Below, piece after piece: positions 14,403-28,500 of a stretch of DNA of 64,000 bases; position 1 is the stretch's first letter, and every line of letters starts with the position of its first letter. The DNA is from a virus. The notes below the pieces were generated by a model that worked only from the letters and a program-made list of their open reading frames with translations, was not told the origin of the DNA and did no database searches. Location: positions 1 to 64,000 of the IMG/VR virus record IMGVR_UViG_3300013125_000006, one strand, 5' to 3'. The position numbers and the translations under genes were made by a program.

Positions 14403-16309
14403 TGAAGAAAAAAATTAAAAGATTGGCAGATGGGGGTGGATTCGCAGCATTCACCCCTATTATTCATTCAGCCCCAACTCCACAAATTTCACAACCTGCA
14501 AAACAGACTGGCAGTACTGAGCCAGAATCAAATTCAATTATAGATGAAAAAATGTTGGAATACCTATATAAGAATAGGGGACTTGTAAATGATGTTAACA
14601 AGTTAGTATCTGATTTAATTAAATTAGAATCATCTTCTACTACACCATATTTAAATAAACAGAACAGGATTGCAGCACTACAAATAACAGCTAGAATAAA
14701 TGAAGTAAGTCAAAATAAAGAGAGTTGGAATGATGCAATAAAAATAGCTAAAGAAGCCGGAGGGTTAAGTGAGATAGCAGTTGATACATATGGAAGAATA
14801 TTCTCAAAAACTCCTGATAATCAAATAAAATCTTATTCTCTTGAAGAATATAAAACTAAAAAAGATAAAATAAGACCATTAAGCGTACAAGAATTAATGT
14901 ATGAAAGACAGTATAATCCAAATCTTACTGGTAAGAATGAAGTATTTACTGTAGCTGAAAATGCAATAGGAATAAACAATATTACAGATCATATAAAAAA
15001 TATAGTAACATCATTAGCAATAGAATCTGATGAATCTGAAAAATTCTATGAAAAAGAGAAAGTAATTAATTACTTACAATCAAAAAATATTAAAAATCCA
15101 ACTAAACAGGAAATAGAAGGATTAGTTGTTTTAAATGAAATAGCAAATTCTCCTGGAGATTATGTATCTGTAAATAAAAAAATAACCTCACAAAGAGGAA
15201 ATATAGAAAAAGCATTGGGATATATTTGGAGTACTTTAGGAACTCCGGCACAACAAAAATTAAGAGCAGTATCTATAACAAATAATATAGATAATCCCTT
15301 ACAACTAATTTATGATATGCTTAATGTTCATACAGACCATTCAGAATCATTATCTATAACACCAAAGACATTACCAAAATCAAAAGAAGAATCTAAGAAT
15401 TCAGATAAATCTATAAGTTTATCTGTCCCAGAATTATTTCATGGAGATAGGTTGCATACACCAGGAATGTTTTATGAAATAAATAATCCATCAGCAAAAG
15501 TATCTTTAAAAGTAACTGCAACAGGAATAGGATCATTATTTAGTCTTACTAAAAATGGAGAAATCTTAGGTCCAGAAACTTTAAATAGAGTGCTAATATC
15601 TGATAATTATCAATCAATACTTAATCAAGAAAAAGTATATTTAGGAGATGAAAAAGTAGACCCAATGCTATTAAGAGAGTTAGCTTATACAGGACAACAA
15701 GTTGCAAAGGTATATATGCCAGTAAGAGCAGATGGATCTCCAGATTTAGGACAAATGGAAAAATTTAACACTATTTTCCAGGAATTTTCAAAAAATAAAA
15801 ATTCATGAACAAAAGAACAGGCTGAAAAATACTTTAAGCAAAATGGATTTTCTAATGTTATAATAAAACAAATCTCTAATCAAGATGGAACCGTAGATAA
15901 AGTAATTGCAGAATCTGGAAATGTAAGACCTTTCTTGGCAATACCTGTAATAACTAGTTCATCATCTGATTTATCAGATAATCCTTGAATGACTAAAATT
16001 ATTGGACCAGGACTAGATGCAGCAGAGCTATTATTAGAAGAAGCTTTTACAGTTTATGGAGGAACTCCTTCAAAACCAACAAAAAAACTACAAATACCAC
16101 ACTCAACTTTTGGAGGAAAAGATCCATATCAAGGTGTGGCATTTATAGCATATAGACCAGAAGCAAATGCTATATTAAGTGCAACACAAAGACACTTAAT
16201 TGGTACAGCCCCAACAGATGAAGACTTATATAGAAATTTAAACTTTAGTACAGCATCACAAAATCCGTCTGGAATAAATTCATCTTCTGATGTACTTAAG
16301 GATAATTAA
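14402..16309 (+). CDS. Virion cargo protein, 635 aa (TGA=Trp)
   Basis: ORFs 14402 and 15989 are joined through 2 TGAs. Start overlaps the upstream stop (TAATG). Confidence 0.7.
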
Positions 16310-16324
16310 AAATAATAATGTAAT

Positions 16325-19300
16325 ATGGAAATATCAAAACCTAATGATATATTAATTGCTACGATAAATAGTCCAGGATCTACTCCGTATGATTTTTTAT
16401 CAAATAATATAAGAGGTGATAATACATCATTTTTTACAAAAGATGAGTATAAACAAACAAGTTATATACAAGATGCATTTAAGGATGATAAAGGAAAATT
16501 TGATGAAATAGCTTTTGATAAAGCTTATGATTTGGCAAAAAATAATTTTTACTTAATAACTAATGCAGAATATTTAAAATCTCTCAATGAAATAGAATAT
16601 AGTCCATTTGATGTTACTAGACCAAAAGAGGCTAAAACTATTAAAGTAGGAGCTTCTTTTGAGAAGGAATATAATCCTTTTGAAGAGAAAAAAGGATGGA
16701 CTGGAATAGGCTCAGTAGATTTGAGTAATTTATCAATGAGAGAATTGGCTCAAAAAGGAAAAATATATGATCCAACAACAAAGACATGGTCAGAAGAATC
16801 AATTAATGATTTATCATTAGTAGATAAATTATTTGGAGATACTTATGTATATGCACAATATGATGAAGATGGACAACATTTAGATCTATCTTCTGGGATG
16901 ATTGTATCTCATAAAAAAGGAGACTGGAAAATAAATGAAGAAGGAAATCTATTTATTGAAAAATTAGCCGGAAGAGAAATATATGGAAAACAGGTTGTAA
17001 ATCCGATGGATGTTTTAACTACTGATGGATCTATAGTTAATAATTTTGATTTCCTAGATTCAGATGGAAGAGAAAAGTCAATTGGAGGAACAATATTAAA
17101 AACAGCTGTTGAAATAGCACCATTACTAATACCAGAAATTGGTATATTTAGAGGAGCTATGTCGATACCAGCTTTATACGGAGGATTAAGAGCTTCTATA
17201 GGACTAGCAACTGCTATGCCAACCTTATATAAATCAATGGAAGGATTGTTAGTAGGAGATAGTAATACTACTGTTACTCAAGGTGCAACACAGCTAGAGG
17301 GATGACTATCTAAGTATGCTCAATCTAGTGTGTCAGATGAAGGCTCAGAATCTTTATTTGGAGTTGAGCAAATGACACAAATGGTTTCTAGTATATTTTC
17401 ACAAATATATGAACAAAGAGCTGCTGCAAGTTTATCTAAACTAATATACAGAGGAGATAAATTAGTAGAGGGAGAAACAAAAAGACTTGCTAATGAAATA
17501 AATCAAAAATTAGTATCAGAAGCTTTAGAAGGTAAGATAAAATTTGAGGATATAGGAGCATTGTCTCAAGCTGCAATGGAAAAAATCCCAACATTACAAT
17601 CAGTAATAAAAAAACAAAGTGATTTATCAAAGGCTCTTTCTCTTGGTTATATGGCAATTGTATCAACCAGTGATATTTATGGTCAAGCAATAGAAGGTGG
17701 ATATGATAGAAGGACAGCTGGTTTTGCAGCTTTAGCAGCAGCAGCTGGACAATATGGTATAATGATGAATAACAGAATGGGAACATGGTTTTTAGATAAA
17801 ACTACAGGATATTCAGAAGAAACCAACAAAGCCCTTATGAGAAAATCAGTATTGCCATGATTAAAAGACATAGAAACAGGATTTAAATCTGTAAAAGTAA
17901 ATGTAACTGAAGGTAAAAAAGAACTTGGAAATGTATTTGGAAAAATAAAAAATTCAATGCAAGGCATATTTATGAATCCAGCAGTAGTTGGAGAAGCAAT
18001 GTGGAAAAATGCTTTAGTAGAAGGTGTCGAAGAGGTTACAGAACAAGTTGTACTAGATGCAACTAAAGGAATAGTAGATACTATGTCTTATCTTGGATTA
18101 ACAAAGAAACAAGGTTCGTTAGGTGGATGGAATAATATATTTAGTAAACAAGGCTTTGAAAATTACTTAGCTAACTTTGTTGGAGGTATTGTAGGTGGTG
18201 GATTATTTGAATTCCATAGATCGGTATTAGCTCCCTGGATTGATCCGTCTATTATGAATAAAGAAACACAAAAGTCTTTATATGAACTTATTGCTGCTGG
18301 ACATAAGGATGATATTATAGATATTATTAATTCAAAGAAATCAAGTTTTGGAAATAATTATGTTACTCCAGTATCTGAAAATGGAGAATTTAAAGAAGCT
18401 GGAAAAGATAATATATCTCAAGCCGATTTAATAGCTGAAAAAGCAATTGAAATGGTTAATATAATTGATGGAATATTAAATAGCCATGATTTGATAAAAG
18501 ACGATTCTGAAATAATAAATAAAGCAATTAGAGATAAAATAATTATAGATCAGTTAAATGCTACAAAGCCTGAAAATTCTACAATAGGATTAGAAGGATT
18601 AGTTCTAGAGGACTATAAGTCAAATATGGTAAAAATAGTAGAACTAGAATCACAAATGAAAAATTTAACTGATTCAGTAGAGGATACTAAAATAAAGTCA
18701 TTACTTAAATCAGAATTAAAGAATTATGTAGATAATGTAAATTTAATATTAGAAGGTAAAAAAGGAGTAGAATATTTAACTAAATCTTTATTATATTTGG
18801 TAAAAGACGTACATTCTCCATTTTTAAAAATAAGTAAGCCAGATTTTGTAAAAGAAACATATAATGTAAATTACTTCGATCTGCCAACATCAGGAATAGG
18901 ACTTACAAAAGAAAGAATGGATAAAGAATGAGATGAATATATTACATCAAAAGACCTTAAAAAGGATTTAAATACAATTTATAAAGTATATACTGGTTTA
19001 GAGCAGATTTTAAATGATCCGATAGCAAAATATTCTGAAACAGGTTATGATGTAGAAAGGTTAAAAACCATACAAAATATCTTTGATTTAAAAAAGACAA
19101 TAGACTTGTTTAATACAGAATCTTCTCCTGAACAAAAGACTTTAGCATTACAGAGGTTTATAAAAATAAATGAAGAATTACAAAATAGCAAGATAGTAGC
19201 TCCTTGGACTGTATATCATAATGATATGTATAATCAGTTAAATAATTTAGGACTTATAAAGAAAGCTACTATTAATGTTGATGAAAATGGAGAAGAAACA

Positions 19301-22300
19301 TATGAGTTAAGTAATTTTGATGATTCTGAATTAAATACAAATACTGAAGAGGGAATAACTGTAAAACAGAAATTACAATCTATTATAGAATCTTATTTTA
19401 AATTATTTAATATAAATCCTTTAAATGCTGAATCAGTAATAGAAAAATTAAATACTCAAATAACTTTAGAAAATAAAGAAGTACTAAATCAGATTTCAAA
19501 TATACAGAAAAAAGGAATATTATCAGAAGAAGATTTGAATAAAATAGAGGAATTAAAGTCTAAATTATATAACTTTAAAATAGGTAATATAAATGAAACT
19601 CCAAGAATTAAAGAATTATTAGAGATATCCAATTTAAAAATTACTAACAAATTAGGAGAGTTAGGAATAACCATGGATGAATATAATAAGTATTTATTCA
19701 ATAAGAGCAATGAGAATGTATTTTCTAAAACTTTTGAAGAATTATTATCCAAGTTTGAAACAAAAGATTGAACCGATTTAAACAAAGATCAATTACTTGA
19801 ATTTTTAACAGAATTAAATACTCTTGGAATAATTGACTTTTCTTTAACAGAGATGTCTTCAATTTCTTCAAATGCAAGAGAAATTATAGAAAATGAAGTG
19901 TCAAAACTTAATAACTCTGAATTATCTGAATCTGAACTTTTTGACATAAAAATTTTATTAGAACCATTTATAAATACAATTAAAAATATTATAGATTCTA
20001 ATAATTCAATGCTTAATAATGACTCCTCCAAATCTTTTGAGGAATTTATTAATGATGAAGTAAATTCAGTTAATGAACAGAAAGAAAAATTAAAGCCAGA
20101 AATATTTAAATTACATAATTATGCATTAGATTTATTAATAAAAGAATTGGAATCAGGCAATGCGGATAAAGAAGTTTTTCTGGAGACAGAAAAACTAATT
20201 AATGATGAAAAAATAGATTTAATAGCAAGAATATTTCCCAATATAAAAGATTTTGAATATTCAAAATTAGAGGAAACTATAGATTCTATAGTTCTTTTAC
20301 AAAGTAACTTACTAAATGAATTTGAAGACTTTGAAAATGACATAGGAACATATTCAGAGCTTAGTGAAATAAGAAAGTTAATTGAAGGAGAGGAAGAGGC
20401 TTTTAAGAATGATTCAAATTATAAAGGAATTTTTCCAAATATAGAAACATTAAACTTCATTAAAAATAATTATGATTTGGGATTATCTTTAGCATCACTA
20501 AATGTTGCCCTTAAAGATTCTATTAAATCACTTAGTGATAATAAAATTGTTATTGATAAAATAAATAAATTTAATGATTTAGTCTCCAAAGGAATATCTT
20601 TGAAATCAAATCCTTTATATGATTTTATTAGGAATTTTGTATTAACTTTGTCATCTGGTTCGGAAAGCAAAACTACTAAAATTTTTGATATACTTGAAAG
20701 AGAGGAAACTATGTTAAAATCTTTATCAAGTGTAACTAATTACTTGGCAGAGGATATTAAAACTCAGGATTTTTTACAGGCTATTGATTATTTAAAAATG
20801 ATTAAGGCAGTAATAAATGCCATGTCTACAACTAAAGTAAGTTTTGGTGAACCTTATGGATTTATTCAGAGTAGAATAAATTATGCAAATAAATATGATA
20901 AAGAGAATGATGTTTTAAAATTAAAAACAATTTCTTCTGATTTAGCATCATTAATGGCGCAAGATGTAGATATACTAATTACTAAACTTGGATTCTTAAA
21001 AGAATTATCAATGTTTAATAAGGGAAAAATGACACTTGAACAAGAAGAAATAAGATCAAGAGTCGAAAATCTCCTAGTTGATAATTGGAGAATATCAATG
21101 TCTAAAATAAATCCATCATTTTTACCACTTGAAAAAATAAAAGAAATATTAGCATCTACTGAAAGTAATTCAAAAAAATTAATGCAAATAGAAAATGTAG
21201 TATTTTTGCATAATGTAAACAACAAAGAAAAAGCTTTAGAGGAGTTTATAAAAAATCTTGATTTTGCAGATTCTGATGAATTTTCTCAGATGGATAGAAA
21301 TATATCTAAATTAGAACAGTGAGATTTGGCTGTTTATTATGCCACTACTCTTGCAATGAAATCTGAGGATTTTAGTATAAGATCTTTTATTACAGTAAAT
21401 AGTGAATTTAATAAAGCACCATTCTTTACACAAGAATTTGCAGCAAAAGTAGTAAAAGCAAGTACTATTAATCCCGAATTATTTGCTAAAATTTTAGAAT
21501 TAAAGAAAAATTCAGCAAAAACTACAACAGATTTTATTACAATAGTACTTGGAGGAGCTGGAACAGGAAAAACATCTGCAATATTTGGAATGGATATTGA
21601 CAATTTTAGACAAACAAATAATAATACAAATATATGAATTTCAGCTCCGGCTGATTTACAAAAAAATAATTTAGTAAAAACATTAGAAAATTCTGTTGGA
21701 AAAAATAAGCTTACAATAGAAGATTTTAATAAAGCTAAACTATTTGAAAAATTAGGCATTTCAGAAATAGCAGAAAAAATAATATCTGAAATTTCTCAAA
21801 TAGAAGATGATAAGGTAGTTAAGGAATATGTTAAACTTGAAAATGGTATTATTACTTTAACTGATAAAGTATTAAGTAATGAATGAATTACTGATATAGA
21901 GGAAAATTTAAAAAATCTACCTAATTTATTATTAATTGACGAAGTAACCCATTTCTCATCTTTTGAACTATATTTATTAAATGCTATATCTAAACATTCT
22001 TATTATAATAAGAATTTAGGTTTTATGAAAATAATTGCAGCTGGAGATCCGACTCAATTAGGATATCTTGCTAATGTTAATAAGAATTTCTATAGTTATA
22101 ATGTAGACGCAATAAATGCTATTTTTACCCCAAGATTATGGTCAAGTGTCAGATCTTCAAATGGACAAAAGAGACTAAATAATGATAGATATATAAGAAT
22201 AGTAAGAGAAATTGAAAAAATATATAAAAATAGTAAGGGATATTATGATAAAGCTGCAGAAGATTCTTTAAGATATTTAAGGAACAATGTCGAATTAAAT

Positions 22301-25300
22301 ACTCTTTCATATTTTGAGGCTCAAAATGATTTTGCTGGAGATAAGATAGTAACAGCGCTTAATAAAGAAATAGTAACTACAATAAAGAGTCAGATGGATA
22401 AAAATCCTGAATTTACTTTAGGAGTACTTACTGAAGATGGAAAGCTTCCAGAAGATTGGAATACTTTATTAAGTGAAGTTGGGTTAATAACACCAGAAGA
22501 CACATCAAGAATAAAAATATTTACCCCAAGTAATATACAGGGAAGTGAAGTAGATTATTTTATTTTTGATGCAAATCTAATTAAAAAATATGACAAAATA
22601 AGAGACCAATTAAAAGCATTTTATACCTTTATGTCGAGATCTAAAGTTGGGTCTTTTATAATTGACAGTAGTAATATACTAAGTAATTTAAATATATTCA
22701 ATGGAAAGAAAGATTTATTTCCTTCTAACTTTGAATTAATGACACCTGAGGTAATAAAAAATGCAAAAGAGAAAAGAATAGAAGATCTTAAAAAACTTCT
22801 TGGAGAAAATCTACAAGTATCAGATTATGATAATTTTAAGTGAGATATTGGAGAATTATCTGATCAAGAATTTACAGACTCAAGATTTGTAACTAGTGAT
22901 ATTCCAGAGCCATTGGATTTAAATGAAAATTCAGACGTATCTAAAGGAGAAAATTTAACACCAGAAGATTTAAAAAATGGCTTTAAAATATTAATGCATA
23001 GTTTTTACAATAATCCTAATGCAATAGTAGATACTAAGACTAAGACTATCAAAACTAATTCTAATGCTATAAATTCAGACTTAAATTTTATTTCTGATAT
23101 AGGCAGTGATAAATTTAATGGGGTGATTTCTAGTTGGATAAAATTAAAGAATTATGTATTAAATAACCTATCACAAAAACAAATTAGAAGTAATGATTTT
23201 GAAGAATTCTTTAAGGAGGCTTTTAAAGGAGATGTAGATTCATCTGAATTAATTTCAATAGAACCTATTTTAACTGCAACTAAGTATAATAAAAATATAA
23301 ATACACCATTTGCTAAACATGGATTTAAAGAAGACAAAACCTTAGGAAATGGTAAAACATTTATAACCTTATCTGCAAAATTAATATTAGGTCAAAAAGT
23401 ACATTATATTACATTAGCTGCTTTTGGTACAGAGGAACAAATACTTAAGAAAGCTACAGAATATAATGTTGACAATGTTAAAATTGAGGAAAAATTTAGA
23501 GAAATAGAAAAACTTCTTGAAGCTTCTCAAAATAATTTCTTAGAATTACCAATAGATGATATTGAAAATATAAAAATAATAACTAGTACAAGATTAGAAA
23601 AAGTATTTACTAACAGTAACAAAAGAGTTACTTATGACTTAAGTTCTCTAGAAGAAAATTTCCCAGGAATGAATATAAGTGAAATTAGATTTTTCCCAAG
23701 AAGTTTAGAAGAATTTAAAAAACTACTCAAAAAATATACTTTTGGGCCTGAGAGATTTTCAAATCAAGGATTATCAGACAGTGAGATAGAAAAGAAGATA
23801 AAAGTTCTTTTTGAGGGAAATAGAGACAAAAATGGGAAATTAATAAAAGATGCTGATGGTAAAACAAATTCAGGATTAAAAAATAAACCTTATATAGTAG
23901 TTTCAACTAAGGAAGATTTAGATGGAAACGAAAATGTAAACACAACACAAGCAGTTTTAATTCCAATAGGTTCAAATCAAAGAAATTTAGATACCTTAAC
24001 AAAAGAGGTAGAAGATTTACTAGAAGAGAGAAGATTGGATATGGAAAATGGGTATACTAATAACAAAAAAATAAGTCCAGAAATAAATGCAAAAACTGAA
24101 ATTTTATTAAATAGATCAGATATATTAAGTGTATTGATAAAATGGGGAAAAACAAAGTATGATAATGGAACATTATTAGATTTGTTAACTAAAGAAATAG
24201 AATTTTCATTGAGTGATACAGTAACAGGAAATAAAACTTCAGTATTTGATATCTTTTCTAGATTTAAAAATAGCAATGCAGAAACTTCTGTAGCCTCTAG
24301 GGAAAATATGAAAAAAGTTATAGACTTTGTAAAAGAAGCTCTGGCTAAAAATGAAAATGCAACAGTTGCAGAGATAAAAGAATCTGTAGTATCTAAAATG
24401 GATAAAATGACTGGATGGCATTGAACATTTTTCAATATTTTTGGATATGAAAAGATCATATCAGATTTAGAGGATGAGAAATTTTTAGAGCTAATGTTAA
24501 AAGGAGAAATTAATGACAAAGTTTTAGAAGTCTTTAATAATTCTAAAGGCCATGAAGAAATGAAAACTATCCTGAGTACTTTGGTACAAAGTTTAACTGG
24601 ATTTAAATTCTATTATTCAATCCCAATTAAGCCAGCAAAAATAGAAGGAGGACCATTTATTGTAAATCCTGCCATTGATGGCTCTAATGGATTTAAGAAA
24701 GAATTATTTGCTGATAAATTTTTCATAAATGTAGCCCCAGAAGGACCAAGATTGTTATTAAATATAAATACATTTTTAACGGCAGTTCCAATAGACCAAT
24801 CACAAGTTATTTCTACTCCGCCTGCTCCGCCTGCTTCAAAAACTACTAAAAAAGCGACTAAAAATAAAGTAGTTCCAGAAGTATTGGATCAAACTTTAGT
24901 CTCTGATGTTAAGTTAAATTCTTCTCTAAATGAAGATTTAAAATTAGCAAATTCTTTAGTAAAAGAATATGAGAAAATAGTAGGAGTAGTTAATCCTATG
25001 GATACTATGACTAGAATAGCAAATTTCTTAAATAAAAATTTCAAATGAGGAATTTCAGAAATAGTTAGTGATGGTGAAAATTTCAAATTTACTACTCCAA
25101 ATGGAGACTTTGAAATTAAGGCAGAAATTGTTGGAAATAAAATTAATAATTTATTAGATCAATTTGTAACTGCATATTTCGTAGGAAAGCATATTAATCC
25201 ATCTGAGAATTTTGAAGACTTTGTATATAAAATAGGAAGTCAAATAATATCAGAAGATATTAGAGAAAATCTAAGTTTGGTATTAAAATCAATTAGTAAA

Positions 25301-25537
25301 ATAGTTGGAGAAGAAAAACTTATTAAATTAATAGAAGATAATGTATCTAATTCAGCATATGATATGTTAGATGATGTATCTAAAATAGAAGTATTAATAA
25401 ATGGATTAGGATTATCTGTTTCAAAAAGTGGAATTTCAATCAAAGAGTTATGGGAATTTCTACAAATAAGTAAAACTGATCCTCAATTAAAAGCAATAAA
25501 AGAACAAATTAATAATTTGTTAGAAACCTGTAAATAA
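16325..25537 (+). CDS. Giant virion protein (~3070 aa) with SF1 helicase-like P-loop domain (TGA=Trp)
   Basis: Ten same-frame ORFs joined through 10 TGAs with no TAA/TAG. Motifs: IVLGGAGTGKT (I), IWISAP (Ia), LLIDEVT (II), AGDPTQ (III), IQGSEVD (V), FYTFMSRSK (VI). Confidence 0.8.
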
Positions 25538-25546
25538 ATATTATAA

Positions 25547-28500
25547 ATGAGTAAATGTGATGTAAAATATATAGGAAAAATAATTAGTCAAATAGACGAT
25601 TTCTTTCTTATAGAAGAAGACAAAAGCCTAGAAAATTTAGAATCATATGTCAAAGAAGGGATTCCTGGGTTACACCAGGACTTCTCTTTGGAGACCTATA
25701 TTAAAAATTCAAAAGACTTTAGTGATATGTTTTCTGGATTAGTTGAATTATATGATCTATCTTTAGACACCTATATAAAAGGAATAGATTCAAAATTTAT
25801 AAACACAAAAAGTAATGTATCAAGAAATTTTTCAACAGATAGAATAGTTGATTTATTCCATACCTTACCATTAGCAAAAGCAAGATTTGAAAACTTTTCA
25901 ATTAAAAAGATTTTAACTGCCTTTTTAATAGGACAAAAGTCATCAAATAAATTCGTATCTTCTAATTCAGAAATTTCTAAAAATTTTACTGCATTAAAGA
26001 ATGATTTGTTTTTAAAAATACAAGATTTTTTAAGTAGTAAGAATATTATTAAAAAATCTGAAATACAGGATTTATACAATAGTAATGGAGATATAATAGA
26101 CTATAATCATTATAAAAAAATAATGAATCTTATAGATGATTATTTCTTCTCGGATGAATCAAAGTTAATTAAGACATATTCAAATAAAAAAGGTATTCCA
26201 AACTTATCCATGGATACAGTAGAAAATTCAGATTTATTTGATTCCTACAATGCTAGTATATTATTATCTAATTTTGACTCTGTATTACAGGAATATTTTA
26301 GTGGAATAGTGGATATAAATTATAACTTATTTAATAATCTAAGAAGTAATTTAGAATCAGGAGACAAATATTCTAAGAAAATAGAAGGAATAAAAACAGA
26401 GTATTGGAGAAAAGATACTCATGAGACTGAAAGCAGTGAAGAGGGAGAAAGTAAACTTATAAAGCTACTTGTTTCCACAATTCCAATATATAATAAGAAA
26501 GGTATTGATAGCGGAGTAACTATGGAAATGAAAGATCTATATCTTATAGCTGCAATGATTTCTGATTTTGAAATTGTAAACGGAAATAGATTAAAAAATA
26601 AAGAAGGAAGCAATTTTATATATTTCAATGAATCTCCTAAAAAAGCATTGTTACAGTATTTGGATAATGTGGATAAAGCTTTTAATGGTTTAGATGGGGA
26701 TACTTTATATAAAGAACATTTTCAATATAATTATGAGTTTATACTATCACTAAAAAAGTTTATAGAATCAGAAGAATTAAATATATTATCTAAAGAAGAT
26801 AATTCTAAGGAATCTATTATAGAAATGATAGCCCAAGTTATAAATAATAATTTTGGAGCATCCTATCTCACATATAATTCTAATGGTAAATATACTATTA
26901 GAGAAATGTATAAACAAAATTTTAATACAATTCATTTGCAAGATTCTGTATTTGAGAAAATCTTAAGATCTAAAAATGAAAAATTATATGATGTAGAGAA
27001 GAATAAAGATGAAATAGATGAACTTTTTAAAAATATAAATGATGGAACAAATTTACTGCTAATTCCAAAAGAAGCTAAGATTGCAATAAATAGTTATATT
27101 GGAAAAAGGACAGGAATATATTTATCTTATCTAGGATTTGACGATTTAATAGTAGATATTAGAAAACATCAAGAGAACCTTACAGTAACAGGATTCAAAA
27201 ATATGCTTACAAATTTTAGTAATGCTGTCATTGAAGATAGGGCAAGAATAAAAAAAGCAGTAGAAAATAAACAAATAACTGATACTAGTAAAGATATAAA
27301 TTCTGGGGATTACATACAATCTCTAAATAATAATTCTTTATTTAAAGGACATATAAATGCATTTCTAATAAATTATCCAGTAAAAGCAGTTATGAATATT
27401 AATTTATTAAGTGGTGAGAAATTACCAACTTTTAAACTGGCTAATCTTACTCAAAAAGATACAGAAATATTTGAATTACAGAGAGATTTTGAAAAATCTG
27501 GAACTTCGTTATTTAAGAGTCTTCTAATAAAAGATACTCCAGCTATATTAGGAACAGGAACTAAATTAGAGCTGATAAATGGAGAAGACAATAAATCTGC
27601 ATCAAAATTTAATATTCAAGAAAATTTTACATCAGACTTTCAATTGGATTTCTTAAAAAATATAGAGAGTAATGGAAACTTTTCAATAATGCTAGGGAAT
27701 TACTCTGATAAAAATACTATATTGACAAAAATAATCAATGGAAGTTTTAAAATTCAAGGTAATTCAAAGACTATTTTACAATATTCTCAAAAAGAATTAT
27801 TAAATATTGTAAAATTACAAGGAGGAAGTTTTTATAAAAATACGTTAGTAAATGTATTAGCTGATTTAAATTTCTTATTAGGAAGAACTGATAAAAGAGT
27901 AGTAGAAACCAATGTTAAGAAAATAGAATCTGATATAAAAGAATTGAATATAATATTAGAAAATACTGATGTAAGAACATTATCAAAAAAAGCATCAGAT
28001 AATGGTATTAAAATATTAGAAGAACTACATTTTTCAAAATATGAAGGAAAATTTAAATTAAATCAGTTACTTGTTGACAACTATAGAATATTTAATGATG
28101 ATGATTTATTTAATGATTTTGTAAAATTACAAGAAAATGAAGTAATAAGGAAATTTAAAAAATATAATAAATCATCAGAAATTAAATTTCTTAAAGATAT
28201 TGACTTAAAAAAAATATCTGAGAAATTAGGAATAGAAGAAAAAGAATTTCCAAAGAAGGAAACAAATGGAAAGGAAAATATAGATTATACACAAATAGAA
28301 TCTTCTGGAGAACTTAATCCATTACTTAAAAAATGGTTATGAACAAATGCTTTATTTAGAAATGAATATTTATTTGTAACAGGAAAAGGTGAATATATGC
28401 ATCCTCATAAAGTCAAGAGTTTATCTTTTAGAGGAAATTCTAATGGATTATTATCAAAAAATGATAAAGAAAAAACCGCATATTGGAAAAATTTCCAAGA

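Noticed and set aside
24815-24836. GC-rich 9-bp tandem repeat CTCCGCCTG
   Set aside because: It simply encodes a PPAPPA linker in the giant protein.
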